Origin: Deferribacterales bacterium
GTDB lineage: Bacteria > Chrysiogenota > Deferribacteres > Deferribacterales > Geovibrionaceae
Length of the DNA stretch: 64,000 bases
Reading direction: 5' to 3'
Assembly (NCBI GenBank): GCA_050251945.1
Contig: JBFWLW010000002.1
Location: 160,001-224,000, forward strand
Within the stretch, counting starts at the first letter, position 1; each line of letters starts with the position of its first letter. This document shows positions 9,753 through 19,191 of this stretch, piece after piece. A program made the translations under genes and the position numbers. The notes beneath the pieces are model-generated. The model did not search any database. It worked only from the letters and a program-made list of their open reading frames with translations, and had not been told where the DNA came from.

Positions 9753-10103
9753 ATGATGATAGTTAAAGTTGAAGGACTTGAAGCAACGACAATGGAAAAA
9801 GCCAGAGGCGGAAAGGGCAGCGCGCTCAGACTGGCATATGAAGCCGCCTGCGGATTTAAAGGTGAAGTGACGAATTTTGCCATGATGTCCCTCCAGCCTA
9901 ACAGCTCTATAGGTATGCATCAGCATCAGGGCGACATGGAAATCTATCTTATACTGGACGGCAAAGCGAAGACCATCGACAACGGACAGGAGATGGAGGT
10001 TGTTTCAGGCGATATGATGATCACAAAAGACGGAGAGGAACACTGTCTTGTGAACGACAGCGACACCCCCTTAACATTTCTGGCAGTTATCATCAAACAT
10101 TGA
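9753..10103 (+). CDS. Cupin domain protein
   Basis: HQH...EIY and GEEH cupin motifs. Confidence 0.85.
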   Translation: MMIVKVEGLEATTMEKARGGKGSALRLAYEAACGFKGEVTNFAMMSLQPNSSIGMHQHQGDMEIYLILDGKAKTIDNGQEMEVVSGDMMITKDGEEHCLVNDSDTPLTFLAVIIKH

Positions 10104-10178
10104 CCAAAAGTTTAATTATTTGCATTTTTTGTTTCAATCGAATAAAATGAAATAAAGTTATTAAAGAAGGATTAAATC

Positions 10179-11243
10179 TTGTTTAACAATATTTACAGAG
10201 GCAAAAAGGTCTTTCTGACCGGACATACCGGATTTAAAGGCTCATGGATGAGTCTCTGGCTTAAGAGCTTGGGTTCGGAAATATTAGGCTATTCGCTTCC
10301 GCCCAATACAAACCCGAATCATTTTGAAATAACCAAACCCGACATAAAAAGCGTTTACGGAGATATTAGAGACAGAGAATTTTTAAACAGAACAATGTCG
10401 GAGTTTAAACCGGATATCGTTTTTCATCTTGCGGCTCAGCCTCTCGTCCGATATTCGTACAGTGACCCTGTTGAAACCTACGAAACCAATGTAATAGGCA
10501 CACTGAACGTTTTTGAGGCGAGCAGACACACAGGCGGCGTTAAAGCAATTGTCAACATAACCAGCGATAAATGTTATGAAAACAAAGAATGGATATGGGG
10601 TTACAGAGAGAACGACCCGATGGGCGGTTATGACCCATACAGCTCAAGCAAGGGCTGTGCGGAACTTCTGGCAGCTTCTTACAGAAATTCATATTTCAAC
10701 AACGCTGATTACGGAACCAAACACGGCACGCTGATGGCAAGCTGCCGCGCCGGAAACGTTATAGGCGGCGGCGACTGGGCAATGGACAGACTTATGACCG
10801 ACATCATGGTCGCGGCATCAAAAGGCGAAACCGTCTCAATCAGAAGCCCGAAGGCAACAAGACCGTGGCAACATGTTCTTGAACCTTTAAGCGGATATCT
10901 GCTGACAGGTCAGAAACTCCTTGAAGGCGACGTATCCTGCGCCGAAGGCTGGAATTTCGGTCCCGGCGAGGAAGGAAGCATCACTGTTGAACAGGTCTGC
11001 AAATACATAAGCGGACACTGGGACAGGATACGTTACGAAATAACTCCGGATGCGTCACTGCACGAGGCGCACCTTCTTAAACTCGACTGCTCAAAAGCAC
11101 ACGCCAAACTTAAATGGCACAGCGTATGGAGTTCAGAAGAAACCTTCAAACGCACCGTTGAATGGTACAAAATGTATTACGAACAGGGCAAATGCATAAC
11201 TCATGAGCAGCTTGAGGCTTATACAAAGTCCCTAACATACTGA
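10179..11243 (+). CDS. rfbG: CDP-glucose 4,6-dehydratase
   Basis: TGHTGFKGSW, SDKCY, YSSSK and RPWQHVLEP motifs. Confidence 0.95.
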   Translation: MFNNIYRGKKVFLTGHTGFKGSWMSLWLKSLGSEILGYSLPPNTNPNHFEITKPDIKSVYGDIRDREFLNRTMSEFKPDIVFHLAAQPLVRYSYSDPVETYETNVIGTLNVFEASRHTGGVKAIVNITSDKCYENKEWIWGYRENDPMGGYDPYSSSKGCAELLAASYRNSYFNNADYGTKHGTLMASCRAGNVIGGGDWAMDRLMTDIMVAASKGETVSIRSPKATRPWQHVLEPLSGYLLTGQKLLEGDVSCAEGWNFGPGEEGSITVEQVCKYISGHWDRIRYEITPDASLHEAHLLKLDCSKAHAKLKWHSVWSSEETFKRTVEWYKMYYEQGKCITHEQLEAYTKSLTY

Positions 11244-11262
11244 ACAGACAGGAAAAGCAAAT

Positions 11263-13056
11263 ATGCGAGTCAGCGATTTTATATTTCAGGTAATCTCCGA
11301 ACGGGAGAATACGGCAAGGAACGTTTTTATGGTATCCGGCGGAGGCAACATGCATCTGGTGGATGCTCTTGGTCGGAACGAAAAACTGCAATATATTTGT
11401 AACCACAACGAACAAGCGTGTACGTTTGCAGCGGAAGGTTACGCCAGAGAAAGCAACAAAACAGGTCTGGCGCTTGTTACAACAGGTCCCGGCGGAACAA
11501 ATGCCATAACAGGCGTTTACAGCGCATGGGTGGATTCAATCCCGATGCTTGTAATATCCGGTCAGGTCAAATTCGTTACTACCGTACTTTCACAACCGGA
11601 ACTCCCCCTGCGCCAGCTTGGCGATCAGGAGATAAACATCACCGAACTGGTGAAATCCGTCACAAAATATGCTGTCACTGTCACAGATAAAAAAGATATC
11701 AGGTATCATCTTGAAAAAGCACTGTATCTTGCAAGAAGCGGGCGCCCCGGTCCTGTATGGCTGGATATTCCTCTGGACATTCAGGCGGCACAGATAGAAC
11801 CTGACGAACTGGACGGCTACACTCCGGAGGACGAACACCAGTACGATTCGCAGTGCAAAGCTGTTGAAGAACTGCTGAAACAGGCTGAACGCCCTGTCAT
11901 AATAGCTGGTAACGGCGTATTTCTGGCAGATGCCTGTGAAGAACTTAAAGAACTTATCGAAAAATATTCAATACCGGTTATCGGAACCTTTGCACGATAC
12001 GATATCATCCGCGACGATCATCCTTTGAACTACGGCAGATACGGAACAATCGGACAGAGACGCGGCAACTTCATTGTGCAGAACAGCGACCTCATAATCG
12101 CCATAGGCTCAAGACTTAACGTAAGAGCCATAAGCTATAACTGGGAATTCTTCGCCAGAGAAGCGAAAATAGTGCTTGTGGATATAGACAGAGCCGAACT
12201 TGAAAAGCATACCGTCAAACCGTTTCTGAAAATTCAGTGCGACGCGGGAAAATTTATAAACGACATGCTGAAAACTGCTCCGGCAGATAAAAACAGATAC
12301 TCCGAATGGATAAAATACTGCGATATGATCAGTGAAACCTGCCCTATCATGACCGAGTGCAAACTGACTGATCAGAACTACGTCAATTCTTACAACTTCT
12401 TTAATGTCATATCCGATCTGGCAGACGAAAATGCCGTATATGTTTTCGGCAACGGAACAGCCTGTGTATCGTCATATCAGACCCTCCGCCTGAGAGGGAG
12501 CCAGCAGGTTATCGTAAACTCAGGATGTGCATCAATGGGATACGACCTGCCTGCGGCTATCGGCGCATACTTTGCAGCCCCCGATAGGCAGCTTATCTGT
12601 ATCGCAGGAGACGGCAGCCTCCAGATGAACATTCAGGAACTTCAGACCGCGATACACCATAAAATCCCGATAAAACTATTTGTTTTCAACAACAACGGCT
12701 ATATTTCCATCAGAAATACACAGAATAATTTCTTTAAAGGGTTTAAAGTAGGTTCAGATGCGGAAAGCGGCGTGAGTTTCCCCGACATAATAAAACTGGC
12801 TGACGCTTACGGCTTTAAAACCGCAAAGATAGAAACTCAGAAGGAACTGGATAAAAGTATTAAGGCTGTTCTTAATATGAAGGAACCTGTGGTGTGCGAG
12901 GTTATGCTTAATCCCGCAGAAAAAATGGAACCTAAGCTTTCGTCAATGTCCAGACCGGATGGTTCCATAGTCTCCAAACCGCTTGAAGACATGTACCCCT
13001 TCATGGACAGAGAAATGTTCGACGCATGCATGATCATCCGCAAGATGGAGGAATGA
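11263..13056 (+). CDS. ThDP-dependent enzyme (acetolactate synthase-like, YerE-type carboligase)
   Basis: HNEQ, TGPGGTN and GDGS...NN ThDP motifs; lies in an NDP-sugar locus. Confidence 0.85.
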   Translation: MRVSDFIFQVISERENTARNVFMVSGGGNMHLVDALGRNEKLQYICNHNEQACTFAAEGYARESNKTGLALVTTGPGGTNAITGVYSAWVDSIPMLVISGQVKFVTTVLSQPELPLRQLGDQEINITELVKSVTKYAVTVTDKKDIRYHLEKALYLARSGRPGPVWLDIPLDIQAAQIEPDELDGYTPEDEHQYDSQCKAVEELLKQAERPVIIAGNGVFLADACEELKELIEKYSIPVIGTFARYDIIRDDHPLNYGRYGTIGQRRGNFIVQNSDLIIAIGSRLNVRAISYNWEFFAREAKIVLVDIDRAELEKHTVKPFLKIQCDAGKFINDMLKTAPADKNRYSEWIKYCDMISETCPIMTECKLTDQNYVNSYNFFNVISDLADENAVYVFGNGTACVSSYQTLRLRGSQQVIVNSGCASMGYDLPAAIGAYFAAPDRQLICIAGDGSLQMNIQELQTAIHHKIPIKLFVFNNNGYISIRNTQNNFFKGFKVGSDAESGVSFPDIIKLADAYGFKTAKIETQKELDKSIKAVLNMKEPVVCEVMLNPAEKMEPKLSSMSRPDGSIVSKPLEDMYPFMDREMFDACMIIRKMEE

Positions 13057-13715
13057 TGAAAAACGTTCTGGTCACAGGCGGAGCAAAAGGAATAGGAAAA
13101 GCTATCTGCGACGAGTTCAGATCATGCGGATATAACGTTTTTTCACCCGCCAGACAGGAAATGGATATATCAAACCCTGATTCCATTCACAATTACGCTG
13201 AATCGCTGAAAACAGCTATCGACGTTCTTGTAAACAACGCAGGCATCAATATACTCGGCGGCATTGAAGAAATAGACGAAAACGACATTGCAGCAATGAT
13301 AAATACCAATCTCACAGGACCTCTGGCGCTTATAAAAGCCATCGTCCCATACATGAAAAAGAACGGATACGGCAGAATAATCAACATAAGCTCCATATGG
13401 GGCGTGCGTTCAAAAGAACGGAGACTGCTTTACTCCGCATCAAAGTTCGGTATCAACGGAGTAACTAAATCTCTTGCCGGTGAACTTGGAAAATACAACA
13501 TACTTGTAAACTCTGTAGCTCCGGGTTATGTGAACACTGAACTGACGCAGAAAAACGTTTCACCGGAAGAACAGGCAAAAATAAAGTCAACGATTCCTTT
13601 AGGCAGATTCGCAGAACCATGCGAAATAGCCAAAGTGGTGCGTTTTCTCGGTTCAGAAGACAATACATATATAACAGGACAGGTAATAACTGCTGACGGC
13701 GGGTTTTTAGCATGA
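13053..13715 (+). CDS. SDR family oxidoreductase
   Basis: TGGAKGIG, NNAG and YSASK motifs. Confidence 0.9.
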   Translation: MMKNVLVTGGAKGIGKAICDEFRSCGYNVFSPARQEMDISNPDSIHNYAESLKTAIDVLVNNAGINILGGIEEIDENDIAAMINTNLTGPLALIKAIVPYMKKNGYGRIINISSIWGVRSKERRLLYSASKFGINGVTKSLAGELGKYNILVNSVAPGYVNTELTQKNVSPEEQAKIKSTIPLGRFAEPCEIAKVVRFLGSEDNTYITGQVITADGGFLA

Positions 13716-14776
13716 AAATAGACGTTAAATCCAATATAAAAAACTATTCAATAGAATTTCACGACGATTTCGGATTTCTGAAATCATTTGCTGAACTCAA
13801 TAACGCGGTATATATCATAGACCGCAAAGTATACGACATATACTCATCTCATTTTTCAAAAATAGAACAATCCGACCTTTTCCTGCTGGATGCTGTGGAA
13901 GAGAACAAATCGCTGGATTATGTCCAGAAGATATATGACTTTCTCACATCAAAAGCAGTTAAACGCAATATAACCATTGTTTCCGTCGGCGGCGGGATAA
14001 CGCAGGATATCACAGGTTTCGTTGCCTCAACACTTTACAGAGGCGTTAACTGGATTTTTGCCCCCACTACGTTCCTTGCCATAACAGATAGCTGTCTCGG
14101 AAGCAAAACATCGCTGAATTATAAGAGCCATAAAAATCTCATCGGCACTTTTTATCCGCCGTCCAGGATACACATCTGCCACAAATTCATTGAAACTCTC
14201 GACAGAGTTGATTTTTACAGCGGTGTGGGCGAAGCTGTAAAACTCCAGCTATTAAAAGAAGAAAACAATAAATCCCTCAACGACGTCAGATCAAGAATTT
14301 ACGAAATAATTGAAAAACCTGAAAAAAGACTGGACTGGATATGTGACAACCTGAGTGTAAAGCTGTCATATATGGAAGATGATGAGTTCGATCTTGGCAG
14401 AAGAAACCTGCTTAACTACGGACATTGTTTCGGACACGCACTGGAAGCAACATCGGTTTATGACGTTCCCCACGGCATCGCAGTCACAATAGGGATGATA
14501 TTTGCCAATCGGCTCGCGGTAAATCGTGGTATATTTAGTGAAGACAAATGTTCCTATATAGAACAGGAGATACTGAAACCGTGTGTTCCTATCTCCGTCG
14601 ATCAAGCTTATTTGGATACAGATGCAATATTTGAGGCTATGAAAAGCGACAAAAAACGAACCGGCGAATTCCTTGCGGTCGTTATTCCTGACAACAGCTA
14701 TAACTTCATCAAGCTTGAAAACGTGCGGTATGAAGAACTGGAACCGTGTATCAATGTGATCAAACACATTTTATAA
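13712..14776 (+). CDS. AroB-related sugar-phosphate cyclase (3-dehydroquinate synthase superfamily)
   Basis: GGGITQD, PTT, KNLIGTF, LNYGHCFGHALE and HGIAV motifs. Confidence 0.85.
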   Translation: MKIDVKSNIKNYSIEFHDDFGFLKSFAELNNAVYIIDRKVYDIYSSHFSKIEQSDLFLLDAVEENKSLDYVQKIYDFLTSKAVKRNITIVSVGGGITQDITGFVASTLYRGVNWIFAPTTFLAITDSCLGSKTSLNYKSHKNLIGTFYPPSRIHICHKFIETLDRVDFYSGVGEAVKLQLLKEENNKSLNDVRSRIYEIIEKPEKRLDWICDNLSVKLSYMEDDEFDLGRRNLLNYGHCFGHALEATSVYDVPHGIAVTIGMIFANRLAVNRGIFSEDKCSYIEQEILKPCVPISVDQAYLDTDAIFEAMKSDKKRTGEFLAVVIPDNSYNFIKLENVRYEELEPCINVIKHIL

Positions 14777-14789
14777 GCGAGGAGAAGCA

Positions 14790-15590
14790 ATGAACCATTT
14801 AGAAAAAGAAATGATTGAACTGCTCAAAAAGCTGCGGGATAACCACGGAGTTTTCGAGCTGAAGGCTGAGTATGAAAACGAGGGAAGCAGACAGGATGAG
14901 CTTATGAGGCTTAAAGACGTCGGCGAAAAGGTCGGTCTGCCTATCATCCTCAAAATAGGCGGCGTGGAAGCCGTTACAGACATATACAGTGCGCTGACGC
15001 TCGGTGTGAAGGGCATCATCGCTCCCATGGCTGAAACTCCTTTCGCTCTCAGCAAATTCCTTGATGCCATAGAAACGTTTATACCGGAAGACAACAGAGA
15101 GGACATCGAATTCGCTGTTAACATCGAAACTATTACAGCATACGAGAATTTCTCCAAAATGCTTAAACTTGAGAAAATAAAACTTCTTCAAAGCATCACC
15201 GTTGGCAGAGTGGACTTCACAGCTTCCATGGGAAAAGACAGAAGTATCGTTGATTCCGATGAAATAATGAAATACTGCACGGACATATTCTCTCAATCCA
15301 AAGCTATCGGACTTAAAACCGCGCTTGGCGGTGCCATATCTACAGGTTCTATCCCGTTCGTATCCGAACTTGCAGGAAAAGGGCTCCTCAACAAATTTGA
15401 AACGAGAAAACTTGTTTACCGCCAAAGCACGGATGCGCAGAACATGCTTGAAGGCATAATGATCGGAATCGAATTTGAACTTCTGTGGCTGAAAAGCAAA
15501 AGACGCTACTATCAGAGAATAAAATCCGAAGATGAAAAACGAATCGAAATGCTTGAAAAAAGGGTTAGTGCTGCAAAAGCGGCAAAATAG
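14790..15590 (+). CDS. HpcH/HpaI aldolase / citrate-lyase-fold protein
   Basis: KIGGVEA, APMAET, NIET and GRVD motifs. Confidence 0.7.
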   Translation: MNHLEKEMIELLKKLRDNHGVFELKAEYENEGSRQDELMRLKDVGEKVGLPIILKIGGVEAVTDIYSALTLGVKGIIAPMAETPFALSKFLDAIETFIPEDNREDIEFAVNIETITAYENFSKMLKLEKIKLLQSITVGRVDFTASMGKDRSIVDSDEIMKYCTDIFSQSKAIGLKTALGGAISTGSIPFVSELAGKGLLNKFETRKLVYRQSTDAQNMLEGIMIGIEFELLWLKSKRRYYQRIKSEDEKRIEMLEKRVSAAKAAK

Positions 15591-15596
15591 CACTGC

Positions 15597-16508
15597 ATGA
15601 AGATAATGATAACAGGCTCTGCCGGATTCATCGGCAGGCACTTATCCGAATATTTCACTGCGAACGGGTATCAGGTTCTGATGCCCGTTCGTTCCGATTT
15701 CGACCTGACCGACGAACAGTCCGTTGACCAATATGTCAAAACAAAAAGACCAGACATAATAATCAACTGCGCAAACAAAGGCGGCGGAAGGGATACTCTG
15801 AACATAGGCAGTATCACTGAAATGAACCTGCGGATGTTCTTTAATATAGCGAAACAGTCGGATAAGGTGCATAAAATAATAAATTTCGGCAGCGGGGCGG
15901 AATACTCCAAACATAAACCGGTTGTAGATGCAAAAGAAGAAGACGCTTACAATGCTATGCCGAAAGACGAGTACGGATTTTATAAATCCGTCTGCTCACG
16001 CTATATCGAAAAATGCGATAATATACTTAATCTGAGGATATTCGCCTGCTACGGCGAGTATGAAAACTACAGATATAAATTCATCACCAATGCAATCGTG
16101 AAAAACCTCCTGAAACTTCCCATCGCAATAAATCAGGATGTACTTTTCGACTATCTGTACGTCGGCGATTTCGTCCGTCTGGTACATTTTTTCACTGAAA
16201 ACAATACGAAACACAGAGCATACAACATAACACGGGGTCAGAAGGTCAGCCTGACACAACTTGCAGGAATGATCAACGACAGTTCTGATTTCAAATCGGA
16301 AATAGCCGTCCTGAACGAAGGTTTAAACAATGAATACTCCTCTGACAACAGCCGGATGCTTGCTGAAACTGGTGATTTTACCTTTACTAAACACGAGGAT
16401 GCAATTATAAATCTTCGTAGGTACTTTTCTGAAAATATCGACAAACTGGATACAGAGACTATTTTAAACGATCCGTACATAAAAAACTGCAATAAAATAT
16501 GGAAATAG
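15597..16508 (+). CDS. NAD-dependent epimerase/reductase (extended SDR)
   Basis: TGSAGFIG and YGFYK motifs. Confidence 0.85.
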   Translation: MKIMITGSAGFIGRHLSEYFTANGYQVLMPVRSDFDLTDEQSVDQYVKTKRPDIIINCANKGGGRDTLNIGSITEMNLRMFFNIAKQSDKVHKIINFGSGAEYSKHKPVVDAKEEDAYNAMPKDEYGFYKSVCSRYIEKCDNILNLRIFACYGEYENYRYKFITNAIVKNLLKLPIAINQDVLFDYLYVGDFVRLVHFFTENNTKHRAYNITRGQKVSLTQLAGMINDSSDFKSEIAVLNEGLNNEYSSDNSRMLAETGDFTFTKHEDAIINLRRYFSENIDKLDTETILNDPYIKNCNKIWK

Positions 16509-16518
16509 GTGTTTTATA

Positions 16519-17850
16519 ATGAGTGACGCTGCGAAGCTTAAACAGGAAATTCTTGAAAAAACAATAGAGTATTACAAAGCCGTACATAAACCCAAACAGG
16601 ACAAGCCTTTCAACGAAGGCGTGGATAAGGTCACATATGCCGCAAGGGTTTTTGACGAAAAAGAGATGGTGAACCTTGTGTCCAGTTCGCTGGATTTCTG
16701 GCTGACATACGGAGAATATTCCAGGATGTTCGAGGAAAAACTGGCGCAGTTCTTAGGCGTGCGGTGGTCTCTGCTGGTAAATTCCGGTTCATCCGCAAAT
16801 CTGCTTGCGTTCATGTCACTGACTTCCCCACTTCTGGGAGACAGAAGAGTGAAACGGGGAGATGAAATCATAACTGTCGCGGCGGGTTTCCCGACAACCG
16901 TTGCGCCTGCGATACAATACGGTGCCGTTCCTGTGTTCGTTGACGTTGAGCTTGATACGTTCAACATAGACACAAACAAGCTTGAAGCGGCTGTATCGCA
17001 TAAAACCAAGGCGGTCATGGTGGCGCACACCCTCGGTAACCCTTTTGATATCGAAAAAGTCAAAGCATTCTGCGAAAAACATAAACTGTGGCTGATAGAA
17101 GACAACTGCGATGCGCTCGGCTCGAAGTTCAACGGTAAATACACAGGTACTTTCGGCGATATAGGCACAAGCAGTTTTTATCCTCCTCACCATATGACAA
17201 TGGGTGAAGGGGGTGCTGTTTACACCAGTAACCCCACACTGAGAAAGATAATGCTCAGTATCCGCGACTGGGGACGCGACTGCTGGTGCGACAGCGGAAG
17301 AGACAACACATGCGGTGAAAGATTCAGCAAACAGTTCGGTAAACTGCCAAAAGGTTATGACCATAAATACGTTTACAGCCATTTCGGATATAACCTGAAA
17401 GTAAGCGACATGCAGGCGGCAATCGGTGTTGCCCAGCTTGACAAACTTCCTTCGTTTATAGAAAAAAGACGCGAAAATTTCGATATGCTTTATAACGGGC
17501 TGAAACACCTTGATAAATATCTGGTTCTGCCGAAAGCAACAAAAGGTTCCGAACCCAGCTGGTTCGGTTTTCTCCTCACTGTTAAACCCGAGTCACCGAT
17601 TACGCGAAACGAACTTGCTGTCTACCTCGAAGAAGAGAAAAACATACAGACCAGAAACCTGTTCGGCGGCAACATAATATGCCATCCCTGCTTTGAAAGC
17701 CTTACTGAAGGTGTTGACTACAAAGTTTCCGGCGAACTGAAAAATACAGACACCATTATGAACGACAGTATATGGCTGGGCGTATACCCCGGTATGAAAC
17801 AGGAACAGATAGACTACATCATAGAAAGTATCTGTAATAAATTTGCATAA
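16519..17850 (+). CDS. rfbH: CDP-4-keto-6-deoxyglucose 3-dehydrase (E1, RfbH/DdhC)
   Basis: SFYPPHH (His in place of the PLP Lys), DCWC...C Fe-S ligands, YDHKY. Confidence 0.92.
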   Translation: MSDAAKLKQEILEKTIEYYKAVHKPKQDKPFNEGVDKVTYAARVFDEKEMVNLVSSSLDFWLTYGEYSRMFEEKLAQFLGVRWSLLVNSGSSANLLAFMSLTSPLLGDRRVKRGDEIITVAAGFPTTVAPAIQYGAVPVFVDVELDTFNIDTNKLEAAVSHKTKAVMVAHTLGNPFDIEKVKAFCEKHKLWLIEDNCDALGSKFNGKYTGTFGDIGTSSFYPPHHMTMGEGGAVYTSNPTLRKIMLSIRDWGRDCWCDSGRDNTCGERFSKQFGKLPKGYDHKYVYSHFGYNLKVSDMQAAIGVAQLDKLPSFIEKRRENFDMLYNGLKHLDKYLVLPKATKGSEPSWFGFLLTVKPESPITRNELAVYLEEEKNIQTRNLFGGNIICHPCFESLTEGVDYKVSGELKNTDTIMNDSIWLGVYPGMKQEQIDYIIESICNKFA

Positions 17851-17860
17851 GGAAGACATC

Positions 17861-18238
17861 ATGGGTCTGTTAGACCGCAGGTTCATAGTTTTTCTTATTG
17901 TCGGCGTTCTGAACACGGTGTTCGGCTATGGCCTGTTTGCGCTGTTCATTTTTTTTGGATTGCACTACACGCTTGCTGTGCTTTTTTCGACAGTGCTTGG
18001 CGTTCTTTTCAACTTCAAGACTATCGGCACCATAGTTTTCAGGGACGGCAGCAACAGACTGATCACAAAATTCGTTTCCGTGTATGCCTTTCTGTATGTA
18101 CTGAACATTTCAGGATTGAAATTACTGGATATGGCAGGCACCACAAACAAATACATTTCCGGAGGCATTCTGCTCTTACCGCTGGCGATGCTCTCCTTTC
18201 TGCTTAATAAAAAATTTGTCTTCAACAGGAATTCATGA
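17861..18238 (+). CDS. GtrA family small flippase
   Basis: About 125 aa, four hydrophobic helices, F-x-x-VG N-terminus and KKFVF C-terminus. Confidence 0.85.
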   Translation: MGLLDRRFIVFLIVGVLNTVFGYGLFALFIFFGLHYTLAVLFSTVLGVLFNFKTIGTIVFRDGSNRLITKFVSVYAFLYVLNISGLKLLDMAGTTNKYISGGILLLPLAMLSFLLNKKFVFNRNS

Positions 18239-19191
18239 TGAAAATGATCAGCATCGTCACCGCATGTTATAATGAAGAAGATAATGTAGCCGAACTGATA
18301 GAACGTGTCAGAAACGTTATGTCAGCTGAGCTTTCGCAATATACATACGAACACATCTTCATTGATAATTCAAGCGAAGACAGAACTGTGGAGATACTTA
18401 AAGGATTTGCCGCAGAAGACAAGCGCATAAAAATAATCGTCAACTCGCGAAATTTCGGACATGTCCGCTCACCCGTGCACGGTCTCTATCAGGCATCCGG
18501 CGATGCCATTATATCAGTTGTTGCCGACCTTCAGGACCCGCCGGAGACGATACCCCAGTTTGTAAAACTTTGGGAAGAAGGAAACGACATAGTTCTGGCG
18601 GTAAAAAAGGACAGCGAAGAGAACGGGCTTATGTTTAAATTGCGTGAGATGTATTATTCGCTGCTGGCGAAGCTTTCTGAAGTTAAAATATTCAAAAACT
18701 TCACCGGCTTCGGACTTTACGACAGAAAGGTCATGAACGCACTTAAACAGATGCACGACCCCTATCCTTTTTTTCGCGGCATGATAGCGGAGGCAGGTTT
18801 TAAAGTGGCAAGGCTTGACTACCACCAGCCCATACGCATCAAAGGAATTACAAAAAACAACTTCTATACACTTTATGACATGGGTGTCCTCGGTATCATA
18901 AACAACTCTAAAGTTCCTCTGAGAATAGCTATGTTCATCAGTGTCATATGCGGTTTTCTCAGCTTTTGCACAGGCATGGCATATCTGATAATGAAGATTC
19001 TGAACTGGGACAGCATGTCTATGGGAATTGCACCGCTTGTAATAGGCACTGCATTCATGTTCTCAATACTTCTGTTTTTCATCGCAATTATCGGAGAGTA
19101 TATCGGCGCAATATATACGCAGGTGCTCAACAGACCCTATGTCTTTGAAAAAGAACGGATAAATTTTGACAGGACAGACGAAAATGTTTGA
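18235..19191 (+). CDS. GtrB/DPM-like GT2 undecaprenyl-phosphate glycosyltransferase
   Basis: YNEEDN, SRNFG, ADLQDPP; two C-terminal TM helices; GEYIG...RP motif. Confidence 0.88.
   Translation: MMKMISIVTACYNEEDNVAELIERVRNVMSAELSQYTYEHIFIDNSSEDRTVEILKGFAAEDKRIKIIVNSRNFGHVRSPVHGLYQASGDAIISVVADLQDPPETIPQFVKLWEEGNDIVLAVKKDSEENGLMFKLREMYYSLLAKLSEVKIFKNFTGFGLYDRKVMNALKQMHDPYPFFRGMIAEAGFKVARLDYHQPIRIKGITKNNFYTLYDMGVLGIINNSKVPLRIAMFISVICGFLSFCTGMAYLIMKILNWDSMSMGIAPLVIGTAFMFSILLFFIAIIGEYIGAIYTQVLNRPYVFEKERINFDRTDENV

Noticed and set aside
13712..14776. Calling this gene housekeeping aroB
   Set aside because: It is coupled within a sugar-nucleotide operon with no shikimate genes nearby; left without a symbol.
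14799..15641. Long antisense ORFs (e.g. 280 aa here, 9002-9883, 4882-5670, 5558-6364)
   Set aside because: Shadows of well-supported genes on the opposite strand.
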